Below, piece by piece: positions 30,275 to 39,821 of a DNA stretch of 64,000 bases (positions are counted from its first letter, which is position 1; the number at the start of each line of letters is the position of its first letter). Source of the stretch: an uncultured Methanosarcinales archaeon (GTDB taxonomy: Archaea > Nanobdellota > Nanobdellia > Woesearchaeales > CAXGTL01). The notes under the pieces are model-generated. The model was not told the origin of the DNA, did not search any database, and saw nothing but the letters and a program-made list of their open reading frames with translations. The position numbers were made by a program, and so were the translations under genes. Location of the stretch: NCBI GenBank assembly GCA_964535955.1, contig CAZHVK010000007.1, positions 4,118 through 68,117 on the forward strand, written 5' to 3'.

Positions 30275-31636
30275 TCATTCTGACTGACCCTGATCTAGTG
30301 CTTCTAATCTTGTATCTCTTTCTAATTCAGGAAATATTGGATGATTCTTATCACTAGCATATTCAGCTGCCTTGCTTATCAAACCTTGTTTTCTAAAACA
30401 CACATAATTCTTAACAAAAGCAGCTTGATCTCTAAATCTGTCTGAAATACCTTTTGCAAGTTTCTGCATTGCATAAAGATTAAGTACCATTGCTTGTTGA
30501 TCTTTTTCAAGCCCAGTCAAATAACTAGACTGCATTTCAGCTTTGTGCCAAGTCACATAAGGCAGTACTTTATACATGTGCTCAATATTTACTTCATCAG
30601 CACCAGTATACCATGCAAGTGCTCTTGCATATTTTTTCCATGCTTTTAATGTTCTTGCTGATAATGGATTCTTTATATTCTGACAAGCAAAATCACTCCA
30701 ATGACATTCATTTGAAAAACATTTGTCATTTTTTCTTTTTACTCCAAGCCTATGCTGGCATGTTGACAATTCTGTGTCAGCAAATATAAAATACAGTTCA
30801 GCATCATCATTAATTCTTATATCCTTGATTTCTTCTTCAGCTTTTTTTAATTCTTCATAACCTAGTAATTGAATTCCAAGCCCTTCTCCCAATTTCCACT
30901 TAAACTGTTCAATAATTACCTTGACTTCTTGCATTTTTTCTTGGTAAGACTTGCCTTTTGCATTATAGATGCCAAATATTTGGTTTGCAACAACAGCATT
31001 TTCTAATAATTTATGCGCGCCATTATCCATCTCAGAGATCCTGCTTCTTTGGGTAACACTTGGTGACATTGATTCTGTTGCAATGTCAAACCTTTCAACA
31101 ATAACTTCTGTCAAAGCTTGGTTAGACCTGTCAGCCCAGTTACAAGTAGCAAACAATGGAAAATCTCCTGTTCTGATCATTCCAGATAAATATTTCCAAT
31201 TACCTCTATCGATTCCGTCTACAAACAAGTTTAGTTTTGATCCAGGAAACCTACTAAGCTCATCAATTATTTTTGCTCTGTTAAGAACAAAATAAGTCCA
31301 TATAATTGTTTCATCTCCTAGTTTTGTCAAGTCACCAAGATGCGGCCTTGCAATTGTTTTTTCTTCTGTCTGCTCAGCATGTCCTCTTATTTCTGACGCA
31401 AGCACAACTTCTCTTGGCAGACCATACATCAAGCTGACAACACTTTCACATGAAGTCGTCTTTCCAAGACCATACTCTCCATAGATCATGTGCTTTCCAT
31501 TCACAATGCATGACAAGATCTCAAACAATAATGATGAGTTAAACTCTTTATCATCTATCATAATGTCAGGCACACACAAGTACAGATTTTTTTTTGCATA
31601 ATCATATATTTCATTGACTTTTTCTCTAAGTTCCAT
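30275..31636 (-). CDS. P-loop NTPase (AAA/MoxR-like?)
   Basis: Walker A GEYGLGKTT, downstream LNLFVDGIDRG (Walker B-like) and LNRA segment; long helical C-terminal region. Confidence 0.5.
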   Translation of the reverse strand: MELREKVNEIYDYAKKNLYLCVPDIMIDDKEFNSSLLFEILSCIVNGKHMIYGEYGLGKTTSCESVVSLMYGLPREVVLASEIRGHAEQTEEKTIARPHLGDLTKLGDETIIWTYFVLNRAKIIDELSRFPGSKLNLFVDGIDRGNWKYLSGMIRTGDFPLFATCNWADRSNQALTEVIVERFDIATESMSPSVTQRSRISEMDNGAHKLLENAVVANQIFGIYNAKGKSYQEKMQEVKVIIEQFKWKLGEGLGIQLLGYEELKKAEEEIKDIRINDDAELYFIFADTELSTCQHRLGVKRKNDKCFSNECHWSDFACQNIKNPLSARTLKAWKKYARALAWYTGADEVNIEHMYKVLPYVTWHKAEMQSSYLTGLEKDQQAMVLNLYAMQKLAKGISDRFRDQAAFVKNYVCFRKQGLISKAAEYASDKNHPIFPELERDTRLEALDQGQSE

Positions 31637-32402
31637 TTTTATACCTCTTTGTAAATACCTCTTTTAATTTTGCTTCAACATAAAAAGTGACTTTTTCATC
31701 AATATCATATTTTCCATGTTCTATTTCTGCAAAAAATATACGAAAATATGCATCAGTTTCTAAACTAGGATCTATCTCACAAATTTTTTCATAGACTTCA
31801 GAAGGTTTCACACCTATATCTTTTAGATCTAATAAATTATCTACAAGTTCTTTTTTAGGAACAGGAAGTTCAATACCAGGTATTGGTTGAACACCTACTT
31901 CAACCTGTCTTGCAAGGTTATAACCTTGCACAAGTATGTCTAATGCAAGGGCTTGTTCATCAATTGGTTTGTCCTTGTTTTTGTATTTTAGAAACTCTTC
32001 TCTAGGATTATCACTTTTCACAAGTATTTCAAGCATTTTCATGTAGTGATCTTTACCAACATTCTTTGAAACAGCAATATCAATTACATCTTTATCAAAC
32101 TCTGCTTCATTTCCACCAGTATTACCAAATATAGGAACATCATAAACATGTTTTACAGCTTTTGCTAGACAATTACCTTCATTTCCTTGTTTTAGAATAC
32201 TTTTATTATCATCAACAGGCATATCTTTGTCAGTTATGATTGCATCTGGTCTTTCAGCTAATGCTTTTTCAATACCTTGATCAGCATTTTCAGCAGTGAT
32301 TATCTCTAAGTTATGGTCAATCTTTTTCAGATACTTGACTACTTTATCAAGATATTTTTTATCATCATCTACAACCAGGATTTTCTTTTTTTGTTTATTC
32401 AT
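31626..32402 (-). CDS. receiver (REC) domain protein with unknown C-terminal domain
   Basis: KKILVVDDD..., IITDKDMP (phospho-Asp position), conserved Lys; 258 aa. Confidence 0.6.
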   Translation of the reverse strand: MNKQKKKILVVDDDKKYLDKVVKYLKKIDHNLEIITAENADQGIEKALAERPDAIITDKDMPVDDNKSILKQGNEGNCLAKAVKHVYDVPIFGNTGGNEAEFDKDVIDIAVSKNVGKDHYMKMLEILVKSDNPREEFLKYKNKDKPIDEQALALDILVQGYNLARQVEVGVQPIPGIELPVPKKELVDNLLDLKDIGVKPSEVYEKICEIDPSLETDAYFRIFFAEIEHGKYDIDEKVTFYVEAKLKEVFTKRYKNGT

Positions 32403-32404
32403 TT

Positions 32405-32788
32405 TTATCTCCCCGCATATCTTGGATTTTTTTCAACAGCAGACTCAAGCATCCTACCTAGACAACCTAATTCTCTTCCCAAATACTTTCTCTCATTAGG
32501 AAGTTCATTCATATAATTGCTCAACCCAATCAAATAATTAGCAAGACTTCTAGTTGGTACTCTTGGTTCAGGCAATACATGAGCATATTTCCCATCATAA
32601 GTCCATATTGCATCAATAAAACAGTCAACAATATCATACTCAAAATCTTCAAAGTCTTTGTCCATCACAAAATCAGAATCTCTTGCCAAGTCTTCTAAAA
32701 GTTTGATATAATTTTCAAATACCCTAACTGCTTTTTTTGCAATAAACTGTTTATAGTATTCCAAGTTTTCTTTTTGTTCTGGTTTCAT
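32405..32788 (-). CDS. hypothetical helical protein
   Basis: 127-aa ORF, 2-nt gap from the REC gene. Confidence 0.4.
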   Translation of the reverse strand: MKPEQKENLEYYKQFIAKKAVRVFENYIKLLEDLARDSDFVMDKDFEDFEYDIVDCFIDAIWTYDGKYAHVLPEPRVPTRSLANYLIGLSNYMNELPNERKYLGRELGCLGRMLESAVEKNPRYAGR

Positions 32789-33093
32789 TTTAATTCATCC
32801 TCCAACATTCTTAATTTTTTCTCAACATCACCTAACAAGATACATGAATCAAAATCAAATATCTTTAACATTTTTTCATAATCACCTATGTCGTGTTTGA
32901 TTATTTCAGAACCTCTTTTTCTATCATCAATTGCAAACACACAATCATATTCATTCTTATTATACACAAGCAATTTCTTAACATCACCATACCTACAAGC
33001 ATGAATTTCCATATTTTCAAACAATCCAAGCACTTGCTTTAGACTATGTCTTTGTTGCTTATTTTCTGAAACAACCAATATTTTGTATTCCAT
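32785..33093 (-). CDS. small degenerate receiver-like protein
   Basis: YKILVVSEN...VFAIDD pattern reminiscent of REC but lacking canonical acidic pocket. Confidence 0.35.
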   Translation of the reverse strand: MEYKILVVSENKQQRHSLKQVLGLFENMEIHACRYGDVKKLLVYNKNEYDCVFAIDDRKRGSEIIKHDIGDYEKMLKIFDFDSCILLGDVEKKLRMLEDELK

Positions 33094-33113
33094 TTTATCT
33101 TATCCACGTCCTC

Positions 33114-33437
33114 CTAATCCTCTTTTTCATCTGGTTTTTTGTAAGGATCTTTTGGATCATAGCCATAAGGCCATTGATCTGCATAAGGGGATTTATCTAA
33201 AACAGCCTCTTTTTTAGGCCTTTTCCCATCACGCATTTCCTTGATAATTTGATAAATCTCTTTGACTATTTTATCAATCTGAGAATCTTCATCTTCAAAA
33301 TCACCAATATAATTCTTCTCCATTAAATCATAAACAATCTTATCAAACGCTTTCTTACGTTTAACAGGATCAGATTCTAGAACAATCCTTACTAAATAAC
33401 TTTCATCTTTATCTTCATTGTCTTTCATTGGTCTCAC
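33114..33437 (-). CDS. hypothetical acidic/basic small protein (first gene of operon)
   Basis: 107-aa ORF; 160-bp AT-rich divergent promoter region upstream. Confidence 0.35.
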   Translation of the reverse strand: MRPMKDNEDKDESYLVRIVLESDPVKRKKAFDKIVYDLMEKNYIGDFEDEDSQIDKIVKEIYQIIKEMRDGKRPKKEAVLDKSPYADQWPYGYDPKDPYKKPDEKED

Positions 33438-33599
33438 CCATATACTTTATATTATACATCATAATCACAATAAAACCATGATTCTTGTTGTACTTACTAT
33501 ATAGTAGGGATGAAACAACTATTAATATGTTTTTCATATTATTAATATTAATAATATTAAACCGAAAGATTTATATAGAGCAAGCACAATCACAATAAT

Positions 33600-34526
33600 A
33601 TGATAAAAAGAAAACTCATCAAACAAGGATTGGGTGGATTTACAATATATCTGCCTAAGAAATGGATAGACCACTACAAACTAAGACCAGGAGATGAGAT
33701 AAACATATTAGAAGTAGAGAATAATCTCTTGTTATCAGCAAAAGCAAGACATGAAACAAAACAGATAACACTTAATTTTACACAAGAACACATAGATAAG
33801 ACATTGATCAGGATAAGCTTGAATGATGTATATAGACTAGGATATGACAAGATCACAGTCAATTACAAGACAGCTGAACAAAGAAAAAGAATTCTAAAGA
33901 TCGTTGATGAATATTTGCTTGGGTTTGAAGTGACAGAAGAGAAAAGAGATAAATTTGTAATTGAAAATGTGACAGAGCCAAGTGAAGAAAAGCAAGAAAC
34001 AATTGTCAAGAGAATGTTTTATCTTATCAAAGAGAGTTTTAAGACAGTAAATAAACACATGGCAAAAAATGAATTCAAAAGAATAGATAAGATGAGCCAA
34101 TTAACAAAAAAAGTCGATAGATATAATAATTACTGCAGAAGAAATATTTCTAAAAAAAGGTTTCAGAATGAAAGAGTGTATTTTTATTGGGGTCTTTATA
34201 TCCAGCTTTTATTGATACAACACAGCTTGTTTTATTTTTATAGGGTAATGCATGATACAAAAAAGATAAAGATCAAAACAAGCATAATAAAAATATTCAA
34301 GCAACTGCAGTCTAATTTTGATGAACTGACAACTGCATTTTTTAAAAAAGATTGTAATGAAATAGGAAAGATAAACAACAGGACAAACAAATATTTCTAC
34401 AACCATATACAAAAACAGATCATCAAGTCAAAAGGCAAAGATTCTTTATTATTATATTATCTTGGAGAACTCGGTAGAGTGATCTATCTCTCAACATCAC
34501 CTATGCTTGGGATCTTGTTTGAGTAA
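33600..34526 (+). CDS. AbrB/SpoVT-type swapped-hairpin N-domain regulator with PhoU-like helical C-domain
   Basis: N-terminal LIKQGLGGFTIYLPKKWIDHYKLRPGDEINI matches AbrB-type DNA-binding fold; helical remainder as in archaeal AbrB-PhoU regulators. Confidence 0.45.
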   Translation: MIKRKLIKQGLGGFTIYLPKKWIDHYKLRPGDEINILEVENNLLLSAKARHETKQITLNFTQEHIDKTLIRISLNDVYRLGYDKITVNYKTAEQRKRILKIVDEYLLGFEVTEEKRDKFVIENVTEPSEEKQETIVKRMFYLIKESFKTVNKHMAKNEFKRIDKMSQLTKKVDRYNNYCRRNISKKRFQNERVYFYWGLYIQLLLIQHSLFYFYRVMHDTKKIKIKTSIIKIFKQLQSNFDELTTAFFKKDCNEIGKINNRTNKYFYNHIQKQIIKSKGKDSLLLYYLGELGRVIYLSTSPMLGILFE

Positions 34527-34551
34527 AGTATGAACTAGATTATTGAATAGA

Positions 34552-36474
34552 CTAATTTTGATAAAGATAATCAAATACAGTGTCAGCTACATCAAGATAA
34601 TTCTTTACAACACTATTATCATATTCATATGACATTTCAACAAACCTTGCTAATCTAAGACTTTCTGTAAACACACGTTCAATTGATCTCTTTGTAAAAG
34701 TATTCTTAACAACAAAATCATTATCAAAATGATTTCTCAGCTTGACATAATTACCAACATATTCAATTACTTTGCCAATATCACACCCAGATTCTAACTC
34801 AAAACCTTGGTCAAGCAAAGCCCTTGCAATATCTTTATACTCTGCACCAGCAGCAGCTCCTGAATAATCACCTAAAACTTCTGAATCAAACCAATTATCA
34901 TCTTTAGTATCATTGTGCGCAACTGTTCTTTTTTCATAATGCTCTGAATTCTTTGAAATATTTTCATACAATCTTTTGTATTTTTCAAAATCCTGTTCTT
35001 GTTCTATTGTATCACACAAACCCATTTTCAATTTATTAAAACTAAAGAATTCTGCATAAGTTCTTTTATTAAAAAGCACATCATCAACATGGTTTTTCAT
35101 CTCAGTATGAAACATTGACAAAACATACATTCTATGGTTATATTTATCATCTTCAATACCCAGCTTATCAAATAATTCTTGTTTAACATGATCAAGTGTT
35201 TTTTCATTGTCTTTTGTATTTTTTGTTTTCTCATTTGCTTCATCTTTTCTATCTTGACCAATGATCTTAGTGCACACAATAAACAAATTTTCATTATCAA
35301 GACTACCACCATTATTAAAATTATAAACTTTTGTTGTATATTTTGCTAACTGATCATTTTTACTAGCTATTTGTGAGACTAATTTTTCTTTTTCATATAA
35401 TGATCTTCCCATACAAACTTTTGGAAAAAAATCTTTTGTACCTAGGATAGCACCATGACTAGCGATCAGCTCTTTCTCATGATCCTGAAAACCATCTAGG
35501 TTGTGTCCTGACAAATAAAGTATTGGAACCTTTTTATTGAATCTTTTCAATAATCCGCTTACTTCTCTTAATGTTTCAATACCAGTGCCTAATGCAGGCC
35601 CACACACCCAATTATTATCAATAAATATTGCAGCACAATTTTCAAAATCCTCTTCCTTAGGATAATAAGCAAAATCATGCACAATTACTTTTTCATTTGC
35701 ATAAGGTCTATTATCTCCTAGATTCAGAAACTCTTTATCACTTAACACTAAAAAATGATAATTCATCCTTGTCTGCATATTACCAGCACGCAGTGATTTA
35801 TCAATATAAGGTAAAAATTTTTTCCACATATCATTTTTATAACTATGCTGCCATCTTGATAATGAATAACTAGGCACCATTGTTCCTGTCAATTGATAGA
35901 ATAAGATATGCATCATCGTAGGAAAATTCTCAAAATCAGTCATCTGTGCATCTGAATATACTTTTGCAAATTCTGACCCATACAATGTTGAAAGACCTTT
36001 GATCAAAGCCATTTCACTCATATGACCATTATGATTAGATTTATAATTTATGATTTTTATTCCAGGAAAATCTTTTCTTAATTTTTCAGCAGTCAATAAT
36101 TTTTCACCAACCTTGCATATTCCTCCAAAACTTTTTCTTTTATTAATCTTAACAACAGCAAAACTTGGTTTTTGCAGACCTCTGGATTTGACACTTCTTA
36201 AGATACTTTTATATTTCTGATTTCCTTTCATAACTTCTTCATGAGAAAAGTCAACAAGCAAAAGATCTATCCCATTGTGCTTGATAAACTCCTTACATTC
36301 ATCTTCAGCATAAGCATGTAAGACATAATCAGAAGGATAATAATCATTTACCTTCCAACAAGAATCATCAACTACAATGATTGTTCCTTTTTTCTCAGTT
36401 AATATCTTTTCTATTTCTTGATCTAGTGAAACTTTCTTTTTCTTAATATCTACACCATTATCTACATTAGCCAT
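34552..36474 (-). CDS. large hypothetical protein with REC-like N-terminus
   Basis: GTIIVVDDS...IDLLLVDFSHEE receiver-like; central region with CGPALGTG and LYLSGHNLDG motifs; 640 aa. Confidence 0.4.
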   Translation of the reverse strand: MANVDNGVDIKKKKVSLDQEIEKILTEKKGTIIVVDDSCWKVNDYYPSDYVLHAYAEDECKEFIKHNGIDLLLVDFSHEEVMKGNQKYKSILRSVKSRGLQKPSFAVVKINKRKSFGGICKVGEKLLTAEKLRKDFPGIKIINYKSNHNGHMSEMALIKGLSTLYGSEFAKVYSDAQMTDFENFPTMMHILFYQLTGTMVPSYSLSRWQHSYKNDMWKKFLPYIDKSLRAGNMQTRMNYHFLVLSDKEFLNLGDNRPYANEKVIVHDFAYYPKEEDFENCAAIFIDNNWVCGPALGTGIETLREVSGLLKRFNKKVPILYLSGHNLDGFQDHEKELIASHGAILGTKDFFPKVCMGRSLYEKEKLVSQIASKNDQLAKYTTKVYNFNNGGSLDNENLFIVCTKIIGQDRKDEANEKTKNTKDNEKTLDHVKQELFDKLGIEDDKYNHRMYVLSMFHTEMKNHVDDVLFNKRTYAEFFSFNKLKMGLCDTIEQEQDFEKYKRLYENISKNSEHYEKRTVAHNDTKDDNWFDSEVLGDYSGAAAGAEYKDIARALLDQGFELESGCDIGKVIEYVGNYVKLRNHFDNDFVVKNTFTKRSIERVFTESLRLARFVEMSYEYDNSVVKNYLDVADTVFDYLYQN

Positions 36475-36641
36475 ATATCTATATATAGGTGATTTAGAGT
36501 TTATAAATCTTTCTATTATTTTACTACTTTTAAGTGACTATTCTACAAATAACCACAACAACACTTCTATTATAAAAGAACAATATTTATATATAAGTAA
36601 GGGTTGTCATTGAATATAAAACAACAAAAGGTGGTAGCTAT

Positions 36642-38111
36642 ATGAAAAAGATAAACACATTATTGGTGATAGAAATATTCTTAATAATCTTATTTGCAAC
36701 ATCTGTCTTAGCAGTAAAAGATTCAACAGGTGCCTTTGACGTTGAGATCAAACCAGTTACAGACAAGATCACAGTTTATGGAACAGCAAAATTTACAATA
36801 ACAGTTAACAATCATCTTTCAAAAGAAGATACTTACACATTAAAGTTTGGAGATTATACTAATTGGAAAATATATTATACAGAGCCTCACACAGATTATA
36901 TGTCTGGGTTTGAAGTAGGGGCAGGTAGTTCTTATACAACAAAAGCATTTTTCAGACCAGATAAAGAGATTGGCAAAGGTTATAAAGTAATTGAAATGAC
37001 TATTAAATCAGAATCAACAGGTGAAAAATTAGAATTTGCAGTTCCTGTTTATATGATTTCATTAGATGCAGCACAAAAACAATATCTTCCAAATGTAAAA
37101 GTGGATGTAGATTTCCCTGAAAAAATAGACCCAAGAGATGAACTAAATCTTAAAGTAACATTAAGAAACTTAAACATAAAAAACATAAGTAGCTTAGAGG
37201 TTTATGTTGAAAGTGATTCAATCAATGAATACCAGCTAACATCATTAGAACCTGAACAAGAAAGAGTAATCAATTTTCCAATTCAGTTAGATCCATTACA
37301 TCCTCCTGAAAAAGATATTCTAAAGGTTAAAGCAATCACAGAACCATATGAATTTACAGCCTCAAGACAAGAATTTGAGATCATTGATTATACTTCAGTA
37401 TTTGACAAACAAGAAGAATTAACAACATCTTTATTTAAGAAAACAAAAACAATTGTCTATAAAAACATTGGCAATGTAGATAAAAGCCAGACAGTTAGAG
37501 TAGTAGCACCAATATGGAAAGTTTTCCTTTTTTCAGTATCACCAAAGGATTACTCAGTTGTCAAAGAAGAAGGAATAAGATATTATTCATGGGATCTTAA
37601 ATTAAACCCAGATGAAGAACAGCAAATTATTGTTGTTACAAATTACAGGGTCATATTCTATTTCTTTCTTTTGATTATCATTGGTTTTATTTCTTACAAT
37701 ATGTTTAGAAGTCCTGTACAGATAACAAAATTAGCAAAAAATATTGAACTTCATAAAGGTGTTATTTCAGAAGTCAAAGTAATGCTTAACATAAAAAACA
37801 TTAGCAATAAGCAGCTAGGAAACATAAAAATCTTAGATAAGATACCAAACATGGCAAACATTACACAAGACTTTGACATTGGCACTGTAAAACCATCTAA
37901 GATAATGAAACATGAATCACAAGGTTACACAGTTGTAAGATGGGACTTAGATGAATTAGACCCAAATGAAGATAGGCTTATTACTTACAGAATGAAGTCA
38001 AGGCTAAGTATATTTGGCAATTTTGACTTGCCTAGAGCAAAAGTCAAGTACAAGACAAGTGCTGGTAAGAAAAGAGTTGTAAGGTCAAATAAATTGGTTA
38101 TACATGCTTAG
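36642..38111 (+). CDS. secreted protein with C-proximal TM anchor (surface protein)
   Basis: signal peptide (LLVIEIFLIILFATSVLA), beta-rich body, TM IFYFFLLIIIGFISY near residue 340. Confidence 0.45.
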   Translation: MKKINTLLVIEIFLIILFATSVLAVKDSTGAFDVEIKPVTDKITVYGTAKFTITVNNHLSKEDTYTLKFGDYTNWKIYYTEPHTDYMSGFEVGAGSSYTTKAFFRPDKEIGKGYKVIEMTIKSESTGEKLEFAVPVYMISLDAAQKQYLPNVKVDVDFPEKIDPRDELNLKVTLRNLNIKNISSLEVYVESDSINEYQLTSLEPEQERVINFPIQLDPLHPPEKDILKVKAITEPYEFTASRQEFEIIDYTSVFDKQEELTTSLFKKTKTIVYKNIGNVDKSQTVRVVAPIWKVFLFSVSPKDYSVVKEEGIRYYSWDLKLNPDEEQQIIVVTNYRVIFYFFLLIIIGFISYNMFRSPVQITKLAKNIELHKGVISEVKVMLNIKNISNKQLGNIKILDKIPNMANITQDFDIGTVKPSKIMKHESQGYTVVRWDLDELDPNEDRLITYRMKSRLSIFGNFDLPRAKVKYKTSAGKKRVVRSNKLVIHA

Positions 38112-38189
38112 GTGTGTGTTTTTATTTTTCTTATTGTTTTTTTTTTCTTTGTCTTTTGGGTTTATAACCACTCACAAGTAACAAATAAA

Positions 38190-38207
38190 CCGAAACATTT
38201 ATAAATA
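38190..38207 (+). promoter_or_regulatory. BRE/TATA promoter CCGAAACATTTATAAATA (identical to 5395 copy)
   Basis: 18-bp identity with the 5395 element, 66 nt upstream of the 38273 ATG. Confidence 0.5.
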
Positions 38208-38272
38208 AGAACAACCCCACCACTATATATTACTAAGATTACTAAATCAACCAATACTGAGGTGTATTAAAT

Positions 38273-39418
38273 ATGAATAAAGATTCAGAAAAAAGAAAAA
38301 TATCAAAACCAGCAAAAATAGCTGGAACAGTGCTTGGAATCCTATTAAGTATTGCAGGAATAAAAGCAAATGCTCAACCAATGAATTATGGTAATGACTT
38401 AGACCAAATGAGAGCAGCAGCAGATGCATACTGGGGTGGAAATTCAAGTTCATCTAGAGGATATGGTTATTCAGGTTCAAGAGGAAGAACAGACCAAGAA
38501 GTAAACAGCATGGGTGTTAAATGGGAACATGGCAGTGCTAATTATATACAAACAAATGACAGAAGAGGAATGGTTGGTAGAGAAAAAACAACTTATGGAG
38601 TATCTGGAACAAGAAAAGGAAAACCATGGAGTACCTCTATTACATTCAAAGGAGATCTTAACAAATTATTAGGATTACAAATCATGGATGAATACACATT
38701 AGACCATTTAGATATGGAATTCTGGGAAAAAACATACAGAACAAATTCAAGAGGTGGTTTATTTTGGGATAGAAGATCTTCAGGCGGATGGGAACATCAT
38801 TCACCAAAAGAAAAAGGAAGATTTTATGTTGAAGATCCATTAAGAGCAAGCATTGAATTACAAGAACAAGCAGACAGGATCTATAGACTTGATGATGGTT
38901 CTTTATTAGGAGTTAAATATGCACCTTATGGAACAAAAAAAGCAAGACAAAAAGAACAAGATTTTAATAAAAAAACAGCTAATACAGATCCAAATCAAAA
39001 ATCAAGATTTAGTGATCCAAATAGAAGAGAAAGACTTAGAATAATTCCAGCTGGTGAAGAAGATCATGTTAAATATGATATTGAACACATTCTTATAGAC
39101 GAGACTGCATTAGCAAATGGTAAAGATCTTATGTATTTTGGTGAAGAAGTTGAAGCAGAGCCAGGAACATTTTATTATACTTTTAACCCATCAGCATTAA
39201 TGCAAAGAGCAAGAGCAAAGAGAAAAGAATACAATTCACAGTTTGTTGTAAGTGATATTTTAGAAGAAATAAAAAACAGAAACCCAGAAACAGACTTAGA
39301 TGAAGCAGAAACAGCAGACTTTATAATCAGATACCATGGAATGTTTGAGCCTGGTGTTGGATACAAGATTGCTCTAAACGAACAAAAAGCACAAGAATTA
39401 ATAGCAGAAGAAGAATAA
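38273..39418 (+). CDS. secreted hypothetical protein
   Basis: signal peptide (AGTVLGILLSIAGIKANA); Gly/Ser/Arg-rich region; 381 aa. Confidence 0.45.
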   Translation: MNKDSEKRKISKPAKIAGTVLGILLSIAGIKANAQPMNYGNDLDQMRAAADAYWGGNSSSSRGYGYSGSRGRTDQEVNSMGVKWEHGSANYIQTNDRRGMVGREKTTYGVSGTRKGKPWSTSITFKGDLNKLLGLQIMDEYTLDHLDMEFWEKTYRTNSRGGLFWDRRSSGGWEHHSPKEKGRFYVEDPLRASIELQEQADRIYRLDDGSLLGVKYAPYGTKKARQKEQDFNKKTANTDPNQKSRFSDPNRRERLRIIPAGEEDHVKYDIEHILIDETALANGKDLMYFGEEVEAEPGTFYYTFNPSALMQRARAKRKEYNSQFVVSDILEEIKNRNPETDLDEAETADFIIRYHGMFEPGVGYKIALNEQKAQELIAEEE

Positions 39419-39585
39419 GAGTAATTCTTTTTTTATTATTTTTTATTATTTATGATTTTTTTATCTTTAATTATTAATTTTATATTCTATGTTTTTCATA
39501 TTCCACATTTTTCCTAATTTTACTTGATTTCCACCTCTCTAAAACAGATAAGTTTAAAAACAATTTCTTATTTATTATTCTATAT

Positions 39586-39735
39586 CCCTACCTAGCTCAA
39601 TTGGTCAGAGCGCACGGCTGTTTTCCTTATACAGGAAGGCTAAAGATGTGTTCGCTATTTGACTGGGTGCATACCTTGGATGAAAAATAGTCAGCCGGTA
39701 CCGTGAGGTTCCTGGTTCGAGTCCGGGGGTGGGGA
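39586..39735 (+). tRNA. intron-containing tRNA, probably tRNA-Asn(GUU), ~76-nt intron in the anticodon loop
   Basis: acceptor CCCTACC/GGTGGGG, D-arm GCTC..GAGC, anticodon stem CACGG/CCGTG interrupted 39624-39699, T-arm CCTGG TTCGAGT CCGGG. Confidence 0.5.
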
Positions 39736-39737
39736 TT

Positions 39738-39767
39738 AGCCAGGCTAAGTCCTGGCTTTATTCTTTT
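39738..39767 (+). terminator. hairpin AGCCAGG-CTAAGT-CCTGGCT followed by T-rich tract after the tRNA
   Basis: 7-bp stem plus TTATTCTTTT. Confidence 0.4.
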
Positions 39768-39821
39768 AATAGTTAATTTTATTAACCTGTTGTTTTTTAT
39801 CCCCTCTAAAAGAGGTTTTGT

